DNA of 64,000 nt from Oscillospiraceae bacterium. Its GTDB lineage: Bacteria > Bacillota > Clostridia > Oscillospirales > CAG-272. Under the pieces are notes generated by a model. The model saw only the letters and a list, made by a program, of their open reading frames with translations. It ran no database searches and was not told the DNA's origin. The position numbers were made by a program, and so were the translations under genes. Below, piece by piece: positions 42,804-52,317 of this stretch (positions are counted from its first letter, which is position 1; each line of letters starts with the position of its first letter). The stretch lies in the NCBI GenBank assembly GCA_015064745.1, contig SVRR01000002.1:2417-66416 (forward strand). Direction: 5' to 3'.

Positions 42804-44092
42804 TTACTTTGCCTTTCGAGAAATAAGGTTTCCGCTTTCCTCACTTGCAAAGGGGGAAAGAAAATCGTTTTCGTATTGGCGTCTGTTTTCTTCCTTGGTA
42901 AAATTGGGAATATCGTAGGCAAGACCACCGTTTAATACGCTGCGCCACGCGAGGATGGCGGCGGCAGAGAGCGCTGTGGCTCTGTATACGTTGAAGAAGG
43001 GCTCGTATTCACCCTTGAGGTAGCAAATAAAATTGCGGAGCATCCAAAAATCAACACCGCCGTGACCGATACGCATCTGCTCCTCGGTGTAGCTGTCGAA
43101 TTCCGCCTTGGGTGCCATACTAAGATCCTCGTACTTGAGTTTGTAGCCCATCTTACGGAGGTTGTAGAAGAAGGAGAAGGGACCCGTGTAGTTAGAGGGC
43201 TCCCAATAGGGAAGATAGAAGCGTCCCGCGTCCCATTTTTTGTCGACTGTCATATCGTAATGGGTCTCCATCCACCCCGGTTCCAGCCCTACGATGTCGC
43301 AGGGAATGCCGAAGCGGCGGAAGGAAGCGCAATCCTCCAGCATGGTCTTTGCTCCCACCTCCTCGTTGCAAACGAAAGTGAAGCCGTACGCCGCTTTGGG
43401 AAGCATGACGGGCTTGCCCGAAACATCGGTGTATAGTCCGAGAACACCCTTCATATCACGGGCAAAGAAAATATAAAAGTCAATGACGCCCTTTTCGGCG
43501 TTGACAGTCAAAAGGTCTTTCGTCGTCGCACCCATGTCGTAGGTGTGCAGATAAGTGCAGTTGACGAGGATACCCCAGCCCTCCGAGCTCATTAAGAAGG
43601 GGATAGGACCGTAGCCGATGTAATCGGTCTGCCAAAGGGTCGCGACACGTCCGCGCTTCATAATGCCGTCTCGGTTGTCGTCACCGAGACCGTAAAGACG
43701 CTCTTCGTCCCTAAGGACGGTTGAAAGACAAAAACCCTCATTTTCATAGTTTTTGCCCTGTGCGCCCGAAAACATTACGGTGCGTGTGTGCCCATTTCCC
43801 TCGAAACGGATGACACCTTCCTCTATCGTTACGGTGAAGCAATCGGTCGAAAGCACACCGTTTTTAAAGCTTGGTTTACATTTTTTGGCTTTTCCTTTAA
43901 AATATTATATTTGGAAAGGAGGGATTCTGAAAAATTCTCCGTCACGCTCACGCGTACGCGAAAGCTTCCCTCGTCAAGACAGCGGAGCTCTACCGTCTGT
44001 CTGCCAGCTTGAAAAAATACGAATTCTTCATAAGGTTTTTCATCCTTTCTGTGGATTGCTTTTAGTTTAGCACAACGAATGAACAAAATCAA
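42804..44092 (-). pseudogene. GH31-like glycoside hydrolase, frameshifted and apparently lacking the catalytic half
   Basis: Track ORFs 43829-44092 and 42804-43856 join if the A6 run (T6 at 43881-43886 on +) were A7. N-terminal and early barrel motifs are present (YGLGDD, SFRRFGIPCD). I see no WxDMNE-type nucleophile motif after MGYKLK. Confidence 0.6.
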
Positions 44093-44152
44093 GCGAAAGT
44101 GGATTTCTTTACTTTTTTGTGTAGCCGTATACGAGCGATTTTTGTTTCTCTT

Positions 44153-44704
44153 TTAAATTACCGTCATGAAATAGTCGGAAAGCGTTTCGGGGCTTTCTTT
44201 CATTCCGTTATCGACCCACCACCTGACGGTTTCCACGAAGGTGGATGAAATATGGTTTATCCAATAATCATCGGGAAGCTCTCTTTTTTTCTTATCGCCG
44301 AAAAGCTGTGGCTTTTTTTGTACGAGCTGTTTGAGATTTTCCTTGAAATATCTCAAAAACAACTCGTTGTTTTCGCAAGCCAACAGCTCTAAGATGTTAT
44401 TATCATTCCTTTGTAGGTGCTGTAACAGGTGGAGTATCGCGTGCGAGGGTGCGACGCAGTCGAAAATATGCTTATGCTTCTCACCTGTCGCATCGGTTAC
44501 GTCGAAAATATGGCAAAACAGTTCTCCGCAAAGGTCCTTGAGCAAGAAGTCCTTGGTTGCAAAGTGCGCGTAAAAGGTTGCTCTTCCAATGTCAGCCTTT
44601 TCAATGATTTCTCCAACCGTGATTTGATTGTAATGCTTTTCTGACAGAAGCGCGACAAAGGCTTTAAATATAGATTCTCTTGTCTTTTTTTGCCGTCTAT
44701 CCAT
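44153..44704 (-). CDS. TetR/AcrR-family transcriptional regulator
   Basis: MDRRQKKTRESIFKAF...ITVGEIIEKADIGRATFYAHF. Start behind GGAGGAG. Confidence 0.88.
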   Translation of the reverse strand: MDRRQKKTRESIFKAFVALLSEKHYNQITVGEIIEKADIGRATFYAHFATKDFLLKDLCGELFCHIFDVTDATGEKHKHIFDCVAPSHAILHLLQHLQRNDNNILELLACENNELFLRYFKENLKQLVQKKPQLFGDKKKRELPDDYWINHISSTFVETVRWWVDNGMKESPETLSDYFMTVI

Positions 44705-44731
44705 TTCTCCTCCGTACAATTTTAAAAAATT

Positions 44732-44745
44732 GTTCGATATCGAAC
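44732..44745. promoter_or_regulatory. Perfect 14-bp palindrome, candidate TetR operator
   Basis: GTTCGATATCGAAC lies 28 nt upstream of the TetR start. A half-site GTTCGATAAC recurs at 44809-44818. CGATAA(CA)AATATATTG occurs twice. Confidence 0.45.
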
Positions 44746-44865
44746 GATTCACCCGATAAATATATTGCGTTTTATTTGGCATACGATTATAATATTATTG
44801 TACAAGGCGTTCGATAACAAATATATTGTATCATAAAATTAAGCCTTTGTCAATTTGGAGAAATC

Positions 44866-45768
44866 ATGAAAACCGAAAAAAACATTCTTTTTGCCTTTGT
44901 TCTCAATTTTGCCTTTTCCTTGTTTGAGTTTTTCGGCGGCGTTTTTACCGGTAGCGTTGCGATCATTTCAGACGCCATCCACGACCTCGGTGATGCCGCG
45001 AGTATAGGCGCCGCCTTCTTTCTTGAAAAGAAAAGCAAAAAGCAACCCGATGAAAAATACACCTACGGCTACGCCAGGTATTCTGTCATCGGCGGAGTGA
45101 TAACGACCCTGATTCTTCTGCTTGGGTCTTTGCTCGTTACTTACAATGCCGTTTTGCGTATCATCGATCCCATCAAGATCGACTACGAGGGAATGATTGT
45201 TATCGCGATCGTGGGCGCGTGTGTCAACCTTGGCGCCGCTCTTCTGACGAGGCATGGAGATTCTCTCAATCAAAAAGCGGTTAATCTTCATATGCTTGAG
45301 GACGTGCTCGGTTGGTTTATCGTGCTTGTGGGCGCGATCGTCATGAGATTTACCGATTTTAGTATCATTGATCCGTTAATGTCCATAGGCGTAGCCGTTT
45401 TTATTTTTGTAAATGCCGCAAAGAATTTGAAGGAGGTTTTGGATCTTTTTCTTGAAAAAACACCCAACGGCATCCACATTGAGGAGCTCAAAGAGCATCT
45501 TTGCGAAATTGACGGTGTGCTTGACGTTCATCATATACACGTTTGGAGCATGGACGGATACCGTAACTACGCTACAATGCACGTTGTTATAAAAGGCGAC
45601 GCGCATGAGATAAAGCAGAAAATTCGAGATGAACTGACGGAACACAGCATCACTCACGTAACGATCGAGATTGAAACGGAAGGTGAGCATTGCCACGAGG
45701 AACACTGTCACGCAGAAGCCACTTCTTCCCACGGACATCACCACCATCATCACCATCACCATCATTAA
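44866..45768 (+). CDS. Cation diffusion facilitator (CzcD/ZitB-like) with His-rich C-terminal tail
   Basis: 300 aa, 6 TM, HDLGDAAS motif, C-terminal HCHEEHCHAEATSSHGHHHHHHHHHH. Confidence 0.9.
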   Translation: MKTEKNILFAFVLNFAFSLFEFFGGVFTGSVAIISDAIHDLGDAASIGAAFFLEKKSKKQPDEKYTYGYARYSVIGGVITTLILLLGSLLVTYNAVLRIIDPIKIDYEGMIVIAIVGACVNLGAALLTRHGDSLNQKAVNLHMLEDVLGWFIVLVGAIVMRFTDFSIIDPLMSIGVAVFIFVNAAKNLKEVLDLFLEKTPNGIHIEELKEHLCEIDGVLDVHHIHVWSMDGYRNYATMHVVIKGDAHEIKQKIRDELTEHSITHVTIEIETEGEHCHEEHCHAEATSSHGHHHHHHHHHH

Positions 45769-45774
45769 AGAAGC

Positions 45775-45806
45775 AAAAACGCTCTGCCGAAGCAGAGCGT
45801 TTTTTG
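45775..45806. terminator. Bidirectional terminator (CDF / rpsI)
   Basis: A5 + ACGCTCTGC-CGAA-GCAGAGCGT + T5. Confidence 0.8.
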
Positions 45807-45822
45807 TAGTACGAGAAACAAA

Positions 45823-46224
45823 TTATCTCTTGGAGAACTGGGGTGCGCGACGAGCACCTTTGAGACCGTACTTCTTTCTTTCCTTCATTCTCGGGTCGCG
45901 CGTGAGGAAGCCTGCCTTCTTGAGGGCGGGTCTGTTCTCTGCGTCTGCAACAACGAGAGCGCGGGCGATGCCGTGGCGGATAGCGCCTGCCTGACCGGAA
46001 AGACCGCCGCCCGAAACGTTTGCAACAACGTCGAACTTGCCTTCCGTCTCGGAAACGCCGAAGGGCTGAGCGATGATGAGCTTGAGCGTTTCGAGACCGA
46101 AGTACTCGTCAACGTTCTTGCCGTTTACGGTGATAGCGCCGGTACCGGGATAAAGACGAACGCGAGCGACCGACTTCTTTCTTCTGCCGGTGCCGTAGAA
46201 ATAAGGCTTTGCACTAGTATACAT
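45823..46224 (-). CDS. rpsI: 30S ribosomal protein S9
   Basis: [24 protein letters not shown]...KFSKR. Start behind GGGAGG. Confidence 0.95.
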   Translation of the reverse strand: MYTSAKPYFYGTGRRKKSVARVRLYPGTGAITVNGKNVDEYFGLETLKLIIAQPFGVSETEGKFDVVANVSGGGLSGQAGAIRHGIARALVVADAENRPALKKAGFLTRDPRMKERKKYGLKGARRAPQFSKR

Positions 46225-46241
46225 TCTTTCGTCCTCCCTCA

Positions 46242-46664
46242 TCAAATGGTCTCAGGCTTCTGTGCCTGCTGGTTGTGGGTCTCGCCTGCATAAACCTTCA
46301 GACGGGTGAAGGCCTTCGCGCCGAGGGTGTTGTGGGGAAGCATGCCCTTAACAGCAAGCTCCATAGCGAACTCGGGGCGCTTTTCCATCAGCTCACGGTA
46401 ACCAACGGTCTTAAGACCGGAGATGTAACCGGAGTGGTGGTGGTACTTCTTCTGATCGAGCTTGTTGCCGGTTAGAACAGCCTTAGCTGCGTTGATGATG
46501 ATGACGTACTCGCCGCAATCCACGTGGGGCGTGTACTCGGGTCTGTGCTTGCCGCGAAGAATGGTAGCAGCCTTAACAGCCGTCTCACCAAGCGTCTTGC
46601 CGGCAGCATCGATGACGTACCATTTGCGAGAAATGGTCTCTGCCTTTGCCATAAAAGTAGACAT
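46242..46664 (-). CDS. rplM: 50S ribosomal protein L13
   Basis: [26 protein letters not shown]... 140 aa. Start behind GGAGGA. The track ORF's 135-codon extension covers the promoter and leader. Confidence 0.95.
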   Translation of the reverse strand: MSTFMAKAETISRKWYVIDAAGKTLGETAVKAATILRGKHRPEYTPHVDCGEYVIIINAAKAVLTGNKLDQKKYHHHSGYISGLKTVGYRELMEKRPEFAMELAVKGMLPHNTLGAKAFTRLKVYAGETHNQQAQKPETI

Positions 46665-46728
46665 TTCGTTTTCCTCCGTTTTGATTGTTCCCGTGCATGC
46701 ACACGGTTCTTTTTTTGACAACGCCGAT

Positions 46729-46757
46729 ATTATAGCACGCTGAAAAACGCTTGTCAA
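46729..46757 (-). promoter_or_regulatory. Consensus sigma-A promoter of rplM-rpsI
   Basis: Minus strand: TTGACA, 17-nt spacer, TGcTATAAT. A CCGTG-N6-CACGG hairpin in the 55-nt leader may be an L13-type autoregulatory leader (unverified). Confidence 0.65.
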
Positions 46758-46926
46758 TAGTTTTTTGAGAACTTTTTTTGCTTTTTTGGTTTTTTGCGCA
46801 CTTATCTCTCGTAATCTCTGTTTTTCTCTGTTTTTCTCTTGTTTTCTAAAAAACGAATACACAATTTTAATTGTAAAAAAAGCGTGAACAAAAGAAATGC
46901 TCACGCTTGCTTTCGGAAGGATTGGG

Positions 46927-47523
46927 TTATTTGTTTCTCTCTTCGATGAGGAAGGTTGCTTCCATATCCGCAACGTAGGTTGCCATAGCGAGAGGGAACA
47001 TCTCAAAGGCTTGGGAAACGTTTTTGGCTTCTTCTTCCTTGGAAAAGCCCATGTGATATCGAATGGCAAAGGCTTCCTCTCTTGTGAGCTTCATAAAGCC
47101 GGAAATGACGTATACCGACTTTTCGCCGTGCCCGTAGGGAAGCTGATCGTCAAACTCATAGCTATCGACCGACACCCAAACGCCGTCCTTTTTCACGTTG
47201 CGCTTGGAGGGCTTGTAAATGTTGACCTTGCAAAGGTCGTGGAGCAGAGAAACAATGGCAATGCTCTCCTCGGAAAAGTGCAGGTCATACGTATCGGTAA
47301 AGCGAGCGCTCGTCACGTAGGCGCGGAGCGATTCGTATACATTGACGCTGTGCTCGCAAAGCCCGCCCGCATACGCACCGTGAAAGCGCGTCGACGCGGG
47401 TGCCGTGAAAAAGTCGGATGCGGGCGACTCCAAATACGCAAGAAGCGCGTCCGCCCCCTCGCGCGTGATGTGTTCTTTATAGTAGGCAATGAATTTTTGC
47501 TTGTTGGAAAGAGGTGTTTCCAT
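46927..47523 (-). CDS. HD-domain phosphohydrolase
   Basis: 198 aa with [13 protein letters not shown]...LLHDLCK (H...HD pattern). Confidence 0.65.
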   Translation of the reverse strand: METPLSNKQKFIAYYKEHITREGADALLAYLESPASDFFTAPASTRFHGAYAGGLCEHSVNVYESLRAYVTSARFTDTYDLHFSEESIAIVSLLHDLCKVNIYKPSKRNVKKDGVWVSVDSYEFDDQLPYGHGEKSVYVISGFMKLTREEAFAIRYHMGFSKEEEAKNVSQAFEMFPLAMATYVADMEATFLIEERNK

Positions 47524-47644
47524 AATAAACTCCTTTTTGAACGTTCTTGTACAATTATATCATCCTTTCTTCAAAAAAGCAAGGACTTATTGCAAAACGA
47601 GGAAAAATGTGGTAAAATAAAGAAAAAACGGAGAGGAAAGGCGA

Positions 47645-48472
47645 ATGTATTCAAGAGTTTACGTGGAAGTCACCAATAGCTGTAATATGAATTGCTCCTT
47701 TTGCCATGGACATTCGCGCGCATTTCGCTGTATGACGGCGGAAGAGTTTTCGTCCGTACTCGACGCGCTTGCGGGCAAAACGCAGTTTCTTTATTATCAC
47801 CTCATGGGCGAGCCGCTGACGCATCCCGCGCTTCCCGAATTTCTTTCCATGGCGAAGGAGCGGGGCTTTCACTCCGTTATCACTACCAACGGCACGCTTC
47901 TTGCGCGCCGAGGGCGCGCGCTGCTCGACGCGGGCGTGTATAAGGTCAACATTTCGCTTCATAGCTTTGAAAAAGGGGAAGACGAAATCTTTTACCGTTA
48001 TCTTGCGGAGGTTTCCGATTTTGCCGATCGTGCCTCGTTATCGGGTGTTATCGTCGTTTTTCGACTTTGGAACAATGGGCTTGACGGTGGCAGAAACAAA
48101 AATATCCTCGCTTTTCTTCGGGAGCGGTTTTCGGGCGAATGGAAGGAGAACACACGCGGCATTCGCATTCGCGAAAAGCTTCACTTAGAATGGGGAGAAC
48201 GTTTTGCGTGGCCCGATAAAGACGCACCCGAAACGGGAAGTGAGGTCTTTTGCTACGGACTTTCCGATCATTTTGGAATTTTATCGGACGGAACGGTCGT
48301 CCCGTGCTGCTTGGACAGTGACGGCAGTGTCGCACTTGGCAACATTCACGAAACGCCCATTGACACCATCCTCTCGTCGCCCCGTGCCCAAGCCATCAAG
48401 GAGGGCTTTGCGCGCCGCCATGCAAGTGAAGAGCTTTGCCGTCGGTGTGGATATGCAACAAGATTTTTATAA
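47645..48472 (+). CDS. Radical SAM / SPASM-domain protein
   Basis: CNMNCSFC (CxxxCxxC) at residues 13-20 and a Cys-rich C-terminus (VPCCLDSDG...CRRCGY). Confidence 0.85.
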   Translation: MYSRVYVEVTNSCNMNCSFCHGHSRAFRCMTAEEFSSVLDALAGKTQFLYYHLMGEPLTHPALPEFLSMAKERGFHSVITTNGTLLARRGRALLDAGVYKVNISLHSFEKGEDEIFYRYLAEVSDFADRASLSGVIVVFRLWNNGLDGGRNKNILAFLRERFSGEWKENTRGIRIREKLHLEWGERFAWPDKDAPETGSEVFCYGLSDHFGILSDGTVVPCCLDSDGSVALGNIHETPIDTILSSPRAQAIKEGFARRHASEELCRRCGYATRFL

Positions 48473-48604
48473 AAAAAGCGGAGGCTATTCTTTGTACCAT
48501 TGAAAATTTTTTGGTTTTCGCTTGCTTTTCTGCTTTTTCTTTGATACAATGGAGAAGAAATCCGCTCGGTGTTTAAGAGCGGCTGAAAACAAGTAACTTT
48601 ACTT

Positions 48605-49726
48605 ATGAAAGCACTTTTTGTTATCTGTGTGATTGCAGGATATTCGGGTGAAAAACGCGTGGCACCTATTCTTATCGAAATGCTTAAGAAGATTGAATAC
48701 TTTGACGGTGGCTATGCGACGGGTATCGCGACCATTCACGAGGGCAAGCTTTATTACGCCAAAGCCAAGGGCGACGCCGACATGCTTCTCAAAATGACGG
48801 ACGCGCTTGATCTTCCCGGTACGACGGGCATCATTCATTCCCGTCCGGGCTTTGACTTTTTTTCTACCACTCCCCCCTTTCTCGACCGCGATGAGCGACT
48901 TGCGTTGGTCACCAACGGCACCTCTGTCGGGACCTCGACCAAGGAGTTTTACGAGGAACAGCGGCGCGTTGCCGACGAACTGTGTGATGCGGGGGTCCAC
49001 TCTCGTTGCGGAGCGGATATCAAGCCCGAGGGCTTCTATGAGAAGTTCATGGCGAAGGACGGTAAGATCTTTTGGGCACCCGAGCTTCGCGCCTATCCCA
49101 TAGGGCTTGCCGTCGCAAATGAAAAAGGCGACAAGAGCGCCGCACTCGTTCGTGCGCTGAAAGCAAGCTACGAGCGACTTCCCGCCGATCAGGTTTCGGT
49201 CATGATTCACGCCGACATTCCCGATATCATCACCCTTTGCACCGTTACCCGACCCATGTCGGTTTTGGAGGCGGACGGCGCGACCTATATCGCCTCTTGC
49301 GCGCTCGCCTTTCCCGAGAACGTAGAGGGTAAGGTCACACACCTTCCGCAGTGCTCTCTCGCGCAGATTACGCCAAACGGCTTTTCGGTTCTCTTCGATC
49401 ATCTTGATGGCGTGCGCTGTGAGCCTGTGACCGAAGAAATCATCGCCGCATTCACGGCGTCGTTAGAGAAACAGATCGGAAAGGGCGGAAAACCGCTTTC
49501 CGTCTACGAGCTCGAACTGCCCAACGTCTGGCACGAGCCGATGGTGGACTGCGATCGCTTCCGTGTGGAAGGCGGAAAATTAAAGCCGAATCTTCCCGCC
49601 TTTTATCAAACCGTCTACCGCCTTTATAAAGAGGGGCGCCTCTCCTTTGCGACGGACAGAATATATGCGCGCGACGTCGTTTGGCCGAGTGTCGACTGCT
49701 ATTTTACGAAATTTTCTTTGAACTGA
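48605..49726 (+). CDS. Class II (Ntn) glutamine amidotransferase-like protein, 373 aa
   Basis: ICVIAGYSG...LEYFDGGYATGIAT...GIIHSRPG resembles the GlmS/PurF glutaminase N-terminus. The Cys is 7 residues from the ATG, so a propeptide or an alternative start is needed. I do not recognise the C-terminal 150 aa. Confidence 0.5.
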   Translation: MKALFVICVIAGYSGEKRVAPILIEMLKKIEYFDGGYATGIATIHEGKLYYAKAKGDADMLLKMTDALDLPGTTGIIHSRPGFDFFSTTPPFLDRDERLALVTNGTSVGTSTKEFYEEQRRVADELCDAGVHSRCGADIKPEGFYEKFMAKDGKIFWAPELRAYPIGLAVANEKGDKSAALVRALKASYERLPADQVSVMIHADIPDIITLCTVTRPMSVLEADGATYIASCALAFPENVEGKVTHLPQCSLAQITPNGFSVLFDHLDGVRCEPVTEEIIAAFTASLEKQIGKGGKPLSVYELELPNVWHEPMVDCDRFRVEGGKLKPNLPAFYQTVYRLYKEGRLSFATDRIYARDVVWPSVDCYFTKFSLN

Positions 49727-49784
49727 CTTGTGACGCAAGAACGGGTCTCTTACTGCTTTTGTGTTTTTTCAAGGGCTTTAATTT

Positions 49785-49827
49785 AAAAAATTGGCGAGGA
49801 AGAGTGATTACGGTCACTCTTCCTCGC
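49785..49827 (-). terminator. Terminator of the second GDPD gene
   Basis: 14-bp stem GCGAGGAAGAGTGA/TCACTCTTCCTCGC, then a T-run on the minus strand. Confidence 0.8.
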
Positions 49828-49843
49828 TTATAAATAACCTTTT

Positions 49844-50557
49844 TTAGCGATTTTTCATGTATTCGATCAGCTTGTCGGGAAAGTTGACCGTCATACCGCT
49901 GTCCACGCCGATCTCTACGGCGTATTTCATGATTTCGGTATCCGAAATGCCCCAAGCGCGGCAGGAAAGCCCCGCGTTCTTGTATGCTTCGATGTCCTCT
50001 TTCGTAATAGCACCTGCCATCGGGCAGGCTTGGTAGGCGCCGATCGCCGCGAGAAGCTCAAGGGTGTCCTCTTTTCGCTCCTTGTAGAGCCAACCCAGAC
50101 GCACGCCTTTATCGTAGTCGTAGCATTCGGTGAGAGCTTCATACCGAAAGGAGGTAATGATGGATTTCTCAAGCGCGTTATACTTCCTTAGCATATCGAT
50201 CACGAGAGCACCGATGCCCGTGACCTTCAGCTCAATCGCAAGCGTGAGATCGCGCCAAGCGAAGTACTTGAGGAAGTCTTCAAAGGTCATAAGACAGTCT
50301 ATGCGCCCGTGCTTTTCGTTTTTCACTCTTGCTTTTCGCAGCTCCTCGTACGTATAATCGCAAATGCTGCCCTCAAAGCCCGTTTTCGCCTTCATAAAAT
50401 CGTCGTGGTAGATCATAAGGATGCCGTCCTTTGAGATCTGTACGTCGGTCTCAATGCCGTCAGCACCCATATCAACCCCTGCTGCAAAGGAGGAAAGGGT
50501 GTTCTCCGGATAGTATTCGGAAGCGCCTCTGTGCGCGTAAATGACAAATTTGTTCAT
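49844..50557 (-). CDS. Glycerophosphodiester phosphodiesterase (cytoplasmic paralog)
   Basis: YAHRGASEYYPENTLSSF...GIETDVQISKDGILMIYHDD. Confidence 0.88.
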   Translation of the reverse strand: MNKFVIYAHRGASEYYPENTLSSFAAGVDMGADGIETDVQISKDGILMIYHDDFMKAKTGFEGSICDYTYEELRKARVKNEKHGRIDCLMTFEDFLKYFAWRDLTLAIELKVTGIGALVIDMLRKYNALEKSIITSFRYEALTECYDYDKGVRLGWLYKERKEDTLELLAAIGAYQACPMAGAITKEDIEAYKNAGLSCRAWGISDTEIMKYAVEIGVDSGMTVNFPDKLIEYMKNR

Positions 50558-50713
50558 GGCAGCTCCTCCGCATTTGTTTTATGCACTTCAAATATAGCAG
50601 ATTGGCTATGCGTTGTCAATGATTTGAGAACATGAAAAATAAAATTCAAACTGTGGAAAGAGGAGCAGATCGAATCTGCTCCCCTGAAAGCCTTGATTTT
50701 ATTGACTTTTAAA

Positions 50714-50770
50714 TTACTTGAAGTATCTGTTCAAGAGCCCCTCGAAGACTCAGCCGTGGCGCGCCTTGTC
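50714..50770 (-). pseudogene. 3'-terminal remnant of a second rubrerythrin gene
   Basis: Minus strand: [17 protein letters not shown] versus the intact [18 protein letters not shown] at 52362-52418. DNA is about 70% identical over about 65 nt, including 2 nt past the stop. Confidence 0.6.
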
Positions 50771-50804
50771 GCCAAGGTCGCTCTTCTTCGCGTATACTCG
50801 GGTT

Positions 50805-52289
50805 TTATTCTGCCGTCTTGCCGCAGTTTTGGCAGTAGCCGTTCTCAAAGACGTGCTCTCTCGTGGGGGCGAAGATGAAGTTGCAGTCGGTGCAATGCCT
50901 TGCCGTCGTGCAATCACCGTCATCCTCTTCGCTTTGATGGGTGACACCCTCGCCGTCCGGCGTTCTCTCATAGAAATAGGTCACGTCGCCGTTTTTGGCG
51001 TATATTTTATCCAGTAGAATATCGCCCGTTTCGTTCGACCATATTGTGACTCTATTCAGGCTGACCATATCGCCGTAATATTCTGTTATTGCGTGCGTGT
51101 TTTCGTCGGGCCGCTCGTCAATTCGGACAAAAAGCACGTTTCCGTCCGCGTCAAGAAAGATCTGCTTCGTCTCTTCTCCCTCGTCGTTGTATTCAAATCT
51201 CACGCGCTCGTGGAGCACGCCGTTTTGGTAGGTGCTTTGCTCGATGCGTTTGCCCTTTTCGTCGTAGGTGTAGACGGTATAGCTGTTATACTCGGGGGAG
51301 CTCGGGTAGTCAACGTCTAAGCGCGAGAGCAGGCCCTTGTCGCTGTACGTATGCAGCTCGGTGAAGTCAAGAACACCGTCTTCAAAATACTGAACGGTTA
51401 CCGTTAAGAGATTGCTGTCCTTGTCGCGGGTATAAACCTCTTCTTGGCGAGTTCCGATCTCGTAATCTTTATAAGTGCTCTTGAGTGGGGCGCCGAGCGT
51501 ATTGTATTCGATATACTCATAGTATTCCCCGGGGTAGTCGTAGATCTCTTTGAGGAGAGTGCCGTCTTCGCCGTATTCGTAAGAGTCGTTGAGGACGCCG
51601 TTTTCGTTGTATGTGGTTTTTTTGGTCAGCGTTCCTTGCGCGTTGTATTCGAGAAGGTGATATTCGTCGAGCTCACCGTCCTCGTGGTAATCGTCCTCTC
51701 GGATCACACGACCGTTTGCGTCGTAAATATAAACGGTGTAATCGTCAAGCGTGCCGTCCGAATCATAGTCCGACTCCTTGTAGAGCCTTCCTTCCGCATC
51801 GTATTCGTAAAGATAATATTGGACCAAAACCTCTTCATAGTAGGCGGTGCGTTTCGTGAGCTTTCCCGCTTCGTTATATTCGTAGTTTTCCATGAGAAAC
51901 AGGTCGCCCAAGGAGCCAATGTCCTCCTCCTTGATGATCTTGCCGCTTTCGTCATACGTGGTGAGGAGATAGAACTCCGAGCCGTCGGGATAAACAGAGC
52001 CTTCCTTGACTACCAGATCTCCAAAGAGGATCCGATATTCACGCCAGCCGTCATCTAAGTACGAGATGACCTTAAAGGTGCATCCGCATCCGCAGACGCC
52101 GCCGAGGTCAAGCGTGTGGGCCTCCTCGGTGGACGCGTCCTTTTCACCGCAGAGCGCGCAGACCTTATAATGGGCACTCGCGTAATAGCCCATCTTCGAA
52201 TAATCGTGGTTGCATTCGGGCTTTGTACACGAGGCAAGGGTAAGAAGGAGAAAGAGGGCTGCGAGTATTGTCGCAAACATTTTTTTCAT
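50805..52289 (-). CDS. YD-repeat lipoprotein with Cys-rich N- and C-terminal caps
   Basis: Lipobox TLASC. About 15 repeats of the Y-x-Y-D/N-x-x-G-x-L type (YEYDAEGRLYKES, YIYDANGRVIRED...). Cys clusters CNHDY..C..CG and C..C......C..CG. Confidence 0.75.
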   Translation of the reverse strand: MKKMFATILAALFLLLTLASCTKPECNHDYSKMGYYASAHYKVCALCGEKDASTEEAHTLDLGGVCGCGCTFKVISYLDDGWREYRILFGDLVVKEGSVYPDGSEFYLLTTYDESGKIIKEEDIGSLGDLFLMENYEYNEAGKLTKRTAYYEEVLVQYYLYEYDAEGRLYKESDYDSDGTLDDYTVYIYDANGRVIREDDYHEDGELDEYHLLEYNAQGTLTKKTTYNENGVLNDSYEYGEDGTLLKEIYDYPGEYYEYIEYNTLGAPLKSTYKDYEIGTRQEEVYTRDKDSNLLTVTVQYFEDGVLDFTELHTYSDKGLLSRLDVDYPSSPEYNSYTVYTYDEKGKRIEQSTYQNGVLHERVRFEYNDEGEETKQIFLDADGNVLFVRIDERPDENTHAITEYYGDMVSLNRVTIWSNETGDILLDKIYAKNGDVTYFYERTPDGEGVTHQSEEDDGDCTTARHCTDCNFIFAPTREHVFENGYCQNCGKTAE

Positions 52290-52317
52290 ACGGTTGCTCC
52301 TTAAAAATATGGTGATT

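Noticed and set aside
45721-45768. CAC/CAT codon repeat at the end of the CDF gene.
   Set aside because: This is simply the poly-His tail of the transporter, not an independent repeat element.
46815-46845. Tandem TCTCTGTTTT x2.5 repeat in the HD-gene/rplM spacer.
   Set aside because: It is very short, low-complexity and pyrimidine-rich, and lies between a terminator and a promoter. No partner copies occur elsewhere in the window, so it is probably slippage noise.
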